Source of the DNA: the human T2T-CHM13v2.0 reference genome, Homo sapiens
Reading direction: 5' to 3' (one strand)
Assembly (NCBI RefSeq): GCF_009914755.1
Contig: NC_060941.1
DNA length: 64,000 nt
This document shows positions 55,753 to 64,000 of the stretch, piece after piece; the stretch's first letter is position 1; each line of letters opens with the position of its first letter. A program made the position numbers and the translations under genes. The notes under the pieces were generated by a model, which did not search any database, was not told the DNA's origin, and worked only from the letters and a program-made list of their open reading frames with translations.

Positions 55753-55909
55753 GACAGCCTATTCTTTTCTTTCTTTTGCAGCACATACTCCATTCTGCCT
55801 TGTATTTTTGGTGATAGCTCCCCAGTCTGTCTCTCCTACTAGATGGTAACCTCTCAAGGGCTATCTTTGTAGTCCCTCAAGCCCAGGGCAGCACTTTGTA
55901 TGCAATGGG

Positions 55910-56595
55910 TGTATCAGTCAGGGCCCAATCAGGAGATAGAAACCATGCAGTAATTTGAATAGGAGAAATGTAATAGAAGGAATTATTGATCTCTGATGGG
56001 AGCAACTATAAGGATGTAAAGGGAACTCCAAAGGATACCCTAAGGCTGAGAGAGAATACCCAGGAAGGACAAACTTGGCAGGGGCCTCTCTGCATGGCTG
56101 GGGTTCAGACTTCATTGGAGAAGCAGGATGGTGGGGAAGTTCACGAGGTTGACCTGAGCCAGGGCTGGTTCACAGTGGTTGAGCAGCAGAGCGCCCTCTG
56201 GGGTGCAGGCCAGAGGAGGTTGGTGGACAGGGGTGTGTGTGGAGAGAGAGTCGGGGCACGCTGCCAGTGCAAGGCCTGCAGCACGCAGTGCCTGCAGCAG
56301 GAGGGCCACCGTGAAGTGGTTACTGGGCCCAGGCTAGGGCTGCAAGGTCACTGAGCAACTATGCACTCCAGGCTTGCAGCTGGGGCAGAGCATGACCGAA
56401 AGTCCCCACAGGCAGACTCTGCAGCCCAACAACATCCAAATCTGAAGAAATCCCCTTCCTCTTGCAGTGGCCCTTTAGGGCCCCCTACTGATGAGGCTCA
56501 CTGTAAAGGAGAAATGCTTACAGGGTCCAGTCCATGATCTCAGAGCAGAGGCATAAGGGCGACTTTGGAGCTAAGGCAATACTATGAAAACTGCA
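55910..56595 (-). mobile_element. ERVL-class solo LTR (LTR41/LTR50/LTR52 group)
   Basis: TG...CA ends and an exact 5-bp TSD atggg (55905-55909, 56596-56600); start tgtatcagtcagggcccaatcaggagatagaaacca; inserted in an L2 3' end. Confidence 0.8.
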
Positions 56596-56751
56596 ATGGG
56601 TGCAATGAGGGATCAATAAAATGTTTGAATTAAATCGGAGAAAGCTACATAACCTGTCATGCCCCCCCTTCATCCGTGCTTAGTTCCCTTTCTTTGAGTC
56701 CTGTAGATTTTGCCACCAATAAATGTCAAACCTTTTTAACTACTTTTGTAA

Positions 56752-57150
<399 letters not shown>

Positions 57151-57812
57151 TCTGTGTGTCTTCTTAATGAGGCATGTGTCTCTCTTCTCTTAGCTCATAC
57201 TTAAAAGAGATTTGCAGAAAGAAAGAAGGAGCGGGGGGGACTGGCTCTCGCAAACAGTGTGAGACCCAGTATTTTATTTCACAACTTATTTCTCCACTTG
57301 AACTTGAACTTGTTTCTCCACTGTCTGTTTCATTTCGAGGCAGTTCACTTGTCCCTCCCAAATGCTTTAGGAGTGTCCTGAAGCACTTGACTTCAAGTAG
57401 CAGTGGAAAGAATCAGAGCCAATCCAAGAACCAATCTTTCTCTGACTTGGAGAAGTCAGTGGCCACCTCGGGTCAGACTAGGGAGTTAATCTCCTTGGAC
57501 AAATCTGAAGAGTCCAGTCTCCAAATATTTAGAAAAGAATAGGCAAGAAGAGAAGAACCACCAGCCGACTTGGAGGATAATTACAACACAAATATTATTC
57601 AGAAAGCATTTAGAAAGGACTAATCGTTTCAAGTAACTTGAGAATCCAACCGAGATGAGTTGAGCCTATAAAGAGCCCTTCAGATGCCCTCTTGTGGGAG
57701 ACTGTGTTAATAGGCACCAAGTTTGGGTTAGGACAGTGTTCTTGGGTATCAACCACCCTGTTCTTCCAAAATATTGCATTCTCTCCCGAAGAGTCAGATG
57801 TAATTAGTGTTA

Positions 57813-58190
<378 letters not shown>

Positions 58191-58260
58191 AAGCTGTTTA
58201 TCATCCTGCAGAAGGATGATTATCCCTTTAGACCAGAAAAATGACAGTGAGAAGAACTAG

Positions 58261-58586
<326 letters not shown>

Positions 58587-58613
58587 GACATTTATATCTA
58601 TATATTGCGGCTG

Positions 58614-58621
58614 TGTTGTTG

Positions 58622-58673
<52 letters not shown>
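58614..58673. repeat. (TGT)4(TAT)16 compound microsatellite
   Basis: Read directly; source of the poly-C/poly-Y ORF at 58605. Confidence 0.95.
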
Positions 58674-58674
<1 letters not shown>

Positions 58675-58924
58675 TTGCAAGTGATGTGCATTCTGGGCCA
58701 GTGAAACCTAGAGCAGATTGGCAGGAAACCATCTCAGTGTCTTACCAAGCTTTACCTTGTTACCTTTATGTGTACAAAGGAAATTGTGCCCTTAAATGAT
58801 CAAGAAAAACAGGTGTGTTTCCCCTGGATAATGAGATTGTGGTTTATTTTCTTATTTTTGCTTATCTATATTTTCTGCAATGAGCATGTTTTATTTGTGA
58901 AACTAAATATATATAAAAATATAT

Positions 58925-59291
<367 letters not shown>

Positions 59292-59698
59292 TTAATTTTA
59301 AAAAACACACACTTTTCTAACTCTTGGCCTATATCCCTGCTTTTTGACTCAAATTTAGCCAGACCCTTTCCAACCTCTTTACTCCTCCTGTTCAGGTGAA
59401 CTGCCAAAAATCAGCAGACTTCAGTTTGGGAAGAGATTTTTTTTTTTTGGAAGAGATTAATTTCCTCACTCTTGAACTCCTAAAAACAGCCCAGTTTTTC
59501 TTCTACCTCTCACCAAGCAGTGATTGATGCTACACCTGCCTCTGATGTGACAAAACCAAAGCCATGAATCAAAGCCTTCTATGATTCTTGCGCATTCTGA
59601 GGCTGGTGAAAGCACTAGCCGGGGGCCCTGAGACGTGTGAAGATGCTCTGTGTGGGGGTTATTCTGCCTCGGGCACTTTGGAGGGTAACACCTGCTAT

Positions 59699-59732
59699 CA
59701 CTAACCTTTGATATGTTGCTCTGCTTTTTCAG
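59699..59732 (+). promoter_or_regulatory. Branch point (CACTAAC), polypyrimidine tract and 3' splice site
   Basis: Near-perfect branch consensus with branch A at 59704, no intervening AG, followed by ctctgctttttcag. Confidence 0.85.
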
Positions 59733-59828
59733 ATTTTCGACAATGAAGCCAAAGACGTGGAGAGAGAAGTTTGCTTTATTGATATTGCCTGCGATGAAAT
59801 TCCAGAGCGCTACTACAAAGAATCTGAG
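59733..59828 (+). CDS. PITPNC1: PITPNC1 internal coding exon (96 nt, phase 0/0; about aa 123-154, probably exon 6)
   Basis: Translates to IFDNEAKDVEREVCFIDIACDEIPERYYKESE and continues the previous exon in frame. Acceptor ctctgctttttcag, donor GAG|gtaagc. Confidence 0.97.
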
Positions 59829-60157
59829 GTAAGCAACAGTTGGGATGAGATGTGGAAGATTCATTCATTCATTCATTCCACAACTATTTCTTAAGTGCCT
59901 CCTAACTTGGGAGGATGCCATCTCTCGTCGTGTGGATTCAATTTGCTTTCGTATCTTGCTGGTTCTTTTTGCAAGTCTCAAAATTAAGTCTCTAACTCTT
60001 CAGGGACCATCATTGGCCCTGGCTGTTACTCAATCTCCACTTAGTTTTCCTGTCTCCCAACTCTGCCATCATTTTTGGCAACGTCAGTATCCATAGGGCT
60101 GGACCATCCAACACACTGGCCTTGCTGAAAAACAACAGTCTCCCCAATTACATGCGC

Positions 60158-60464
<307 letters not shown>

Positions 60465-61874
60465 TGAATCAATCCTTGAAAACTTTGATAGCTCATTCCA
60501 GCACAGCTCCTTTCTCTCAAAACAGCAAGCACCTTAATGAGGACATCTCCTTTGTTCTTGGCTGAGAATAAATTTCAGAGAACTTCTTTCTGTCTGGTTT
60601 TCAACCTACCAGGATCCATCCTTTGCCTTAGTTCTACCTTCTTGTTATACGGTTTGTGCAAGTCACCATTTATATCCCATTAGTATTTTATTAATGGCTG
60701 CTGACGGAACTTGGGTGACCCACTTGTAAATAACATCCCAGCCCTGCAATGACAGCAGATGCAGGGCTATTTTTGTTGGTTAGCGACATGCCACCAATCC
60801 CAATATGTTTGGAATCAGGGCCCCAGACTCGTCCTTGAGCCGTAACACGTGGACCTTGAAACTCTTCTCCCAGAGTCATCAAGGCTGATGGGAGACACAA
60901 TAAATAAACTTATTCAAAATGAATTCTGTCGTTACGCAAATAAACCAGGCTCCCGACGTGGTTCAGATTTCTTTTGCCTCCACATTTTGGGGTTCATTTC
61001 GGTATAAAAGTCTTACCTGATCTTAGCAAATGCTCGGCTGCTTAATTGCAGGCGCTTATGTTCAGCTGCTGTCCCTGAAAGGGCTGGGGAGAGGCTGATG
61101 TGGATCACTCTGTGTTGCTCATCTCCACCCAAAGGGTGAGCGTTTTAACATCATCAGCTTTCATTATGCTCTGTGGCCAACCACACCTATGCATTTTAAG
61201 ATAAAGAAAGTTAAACGCTCCCTACGTAACTGTGGACCCGCCGAAGAGGGAAATAAACAGGGCCACTGACCTTCCCCTTGTCTCACTCCACAGAAATCCT
61301 ATAGTTTCATGTCAAGTCCGCCAGTGCTTAATGGGGCTCTGATGATGCGCAGAGCATTGTGCAAAGCACTCCTGTGACGCCTCGGGCCCCCCCGGGCTGC
61401 TGTCCTACCTGGACCTCCCGGCCTCTTTGGGAGCTCTGGGCCTTCCAGGAAAGCAGGGTTGCCAGAAAACTCTGAACTAATTTCAGCTTTTCCTCCCAGT
61501 GTGCTTTGGCGTGGCTCTGCCTGGACTTCAGGGAGTTCCCTCCTGATTCAGTAGGAAGTCTTGATACAAATATAGAATATTAATGAAGAAATCAAGTCTC
61601 ATTTCTAGTCAACGTGCCTGACTCATTTCCCTGTGCTCTGTGCCCCCAAAGAACCTCCACTAGAAAGCTTCCTTTCATTCACACAGACATTCGAGGAGCT
61701 TTTCCTTCATGCTTCACAGGGTCACTCATGGGCACGTCCGTACCTCCTTCCCTGGGTCCTAGAGTATTCTTCCCTGGATGCAGCTTGGCCAAGGAGATGA
61801 GTGGTAAAGAGTCCAGTAATTATTCATCCAATAAATATTTATGGAGTCCTCACTGAGTGTCACATACAATGTTA

Positions 61875-62132
<258 letters not shown>

Positions 62133-62360
62133 CAGCAATGAGCCAAAGAGATGCTTAGGGTCCCTCCCTTCAGGACACTTCCAATCTAACAAATACCACG
62201 CAGAGAGTATTTGGCGAACAGTAGAGAAATAGTCACACAGATACATATGGAGTTCAGAGTCACACGTGCAGGAAGGCAGGTACGGGGAGAGACTGTGATA
62301 AGGAAACTGAATTTAAGAGGATAGGATCAGGAGACATGCTATGGAAAAAATGACATTTCA

Positions 62361-62692
62361 GGCCGGGCGCAGTGCCTCACGCCTGTAATCCCAGCACTTT
62401 GGGAGGCCGAGGCAGGCAGATCACCTGAGGTCAGGAGTTTGAGACCAGCCTGGCCAACAGAATGAAACCCCAACTCTACTAAAAATATAAAAATTGCCCG
62501 GGCATGGTGGCATGCGCCTTTAGTCCCGGCTACTCAGAAGACTGAGGCAGGAGAATCACTTGAAGTCCCAGCGACTCAGGAGGCTGAGGTTGAACCCAGG
62601 AGGCGGTGGTTACAGTGAGCCGAGATGGCACCACTGCAATCCAGCCTGGGCAACAGAGACTCGGTCTCAAAAAAAATAATAATAAATAATAA
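62361..62692 (+). mobile_element. AluS with an internal right-arm duplication
   Basis: agtcccagcgactcaggaggctgagg is repeated. Confidence 0.9.
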
Positions 62693-62719
62693 ATGAAGCT
62701 GAGGTGTCATAGGATCTAA

Positions 62720-63420
62720 ATTATGCTTTTAAAATATTGTTCTGGATGGAGAATGGACTGGAGAAGAACAGAGTCAGGAGACCACCAAGGTCACTATTGT
62801 GATTTATATTGTCGGTTACTTAGGTTCTGTCGTGGCTTGCGCTAGAGGGCTGGTGGCAGAGATGGACAGGAGCAGATGGTTTGGAGGTATATTTTGAAGA
62901 TGAGTTGACAGGGATTGCTCATGGATTGGATGTGGGGATGAGGTTGAAGGAGGAATTGGGATGGCCTTAAGGATTCTGGCTTGGGCAACTGATAGATGGG
63001 GGTGCTGCTTACTGAAATGGGAAGGTGAGAAGAGAGGTATACGTTGGAGAAAGATGAGTGGATTTTGTGATGTCAGTGAGGCATCTAACACAGACAGAAA
63101 TGAGTCTGGAGCTTAGGTGAGAGATCTGGGAGACCAATTTGAGCGTATTTGGCGAATAGGAGATTTAAAAATCCTGGGGATGGATGAGAGGAAGAAAGCA
63201 TGAAATATAAATGGGAAAGGGGTTCAAGTCTGAGCCTTCAAGGATGGCAGCATATGGAGATCAGGTTGAATCTAAAAGAATCAGGAGTCTAAAAGAATTG
63301 GCCAGAAAGTTAGGAGGAAAACACAGAAATGCACCAAGGAATGCAAGTTTCAAGAGGAGGAGAGTGACCAGAGGTGCTGAATGCTGCCAAGAGATCGAGT
63401 AGGAAGAGAATGGAAAACTG
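62720..63420 (-). mobile_element. L2 fragment
   Basis: gacagggattgctcatggattggatgtgggg, gctgaatgctgccaagagatcgagtaggaagagaatggaaa. Confidence 0.75.
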
Positions 63421-63427
63421 TCCGCTG

Positions 63428-63941
63428 GAGCAGTTCTCAACTGGGGGTGATTATTGCCTCACGAGGATGCTTGGCAATGCCTATAGACATTCTTGGTTGT
63501 CAAAACATAGGAGGTGCTACTGGTATCTAGAGTGTAGAGGCCAGGGATACTGCTAAAATCCTCTACAGCACAGACAGCCCCTCACAACAAAGAATTATCT
63601 GGCTCCAGCTGGGCGCGGTGGCTCACGCCTATAATCCCAGCACTTTGGGAGGCCGAGGCAGGTGAATCACAAGGTCAGGAGTTCAAGACCAGCCTGGCCA
63701 ACATGGTGAAACCTCGTTTCTTCTAAAAATTCAAAAAATTAGCCGGGCATGGTGGTAGGTGCCTGTAATTCCATCTACTCGTGAGGCTGAGGCAGGAGAA
63801 TCACTTGAACCCAGGAGGCCGAGATTGCGCTACTGCACTCCAGCCCAGGCGACAGTGCGAGACTCCGTTTCAAAAAAAAAAAAAAAAAAAAAAGCATTAT
63901 CTGGCTCCAAATGTCCATAGTGCCAAGGCTGGGAAGCCTTG
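63428..63941 (+). mobile_element. MER20 (hAT-Charlie) interrupted by an Alu
   Basis: gttctcaactgggggtgatt...ctactggtatctag...gtagaggccagggatactgctaaa...aatgtccatagtgccaagg. Confidence 0.88.
63608..63893 (+). mobile_element. AluS (Sg-like)
   Basis: TSD aag(a/c)attatctggctcca at 63590 and 63892. Confidence 0.93.
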
Positions 63942-64000
63942 TTCTACAGGAAGAGGTGATTGAAGATGGATGGAACTCTGGATTCAGCTTTGACGCTCAG

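Noticed and set aside
59466-59864. 132-aa antisense ORF over the PITPNC1 exon
   Set aside because: Shadow ORF of a real exon; no recognisable homology or promoter.
63428-63941. MER20 as an exapted endometrial enhancer
   Set aside because: A family-level association only; this copy is diverged and Alu-interrupted, with no locus-specific evidence.

Overview
Human (or very close hominid) genomic DNA inside PITPNC1 (cytoplasmic phosphatidylinositol transfer protein, RdgB-beta), transcribed on the + strand. There are only two coding exons, both phase 0 and both missed by the ORF track: 5718-5789 (CSFLPKFSIHIETKYEDNKGSNDT) and 59733-59828 (IFDNEAKDVEREVCFIDIACDEIPERYYKESE). They are separated by a 53,943-nt GT-AG intron. 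The rest is intronic: about 70 Alu copies (roughly 30% of the window), MIR/L2/L1M fossils, MLT1 and ERVL solo LTRs, DNA-transposon MITEs (MER5, MER20, MER44, MER104, MADE1) and microsatellites. I found no new gene or new biological system. The points most worth a second look are: (1) two Alus at a re-used target site, both truncated where the target is complementary to Alu RNA; (2) an antisense one-armed Alu with a complete poison-exon architecture; (3) a near-pristine AluYk-type insertion 510 bp upstream of an exon; (4) candidate CTCF sites; (5) tightly spaced inverted Alu pairs; (6) several CpG-retaining candidate enhancers. Gene identity and repeat family or subfamily names come from remembered sequences, not a database search. 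Repeat boundaries are approximate except where TSDs are quoted.
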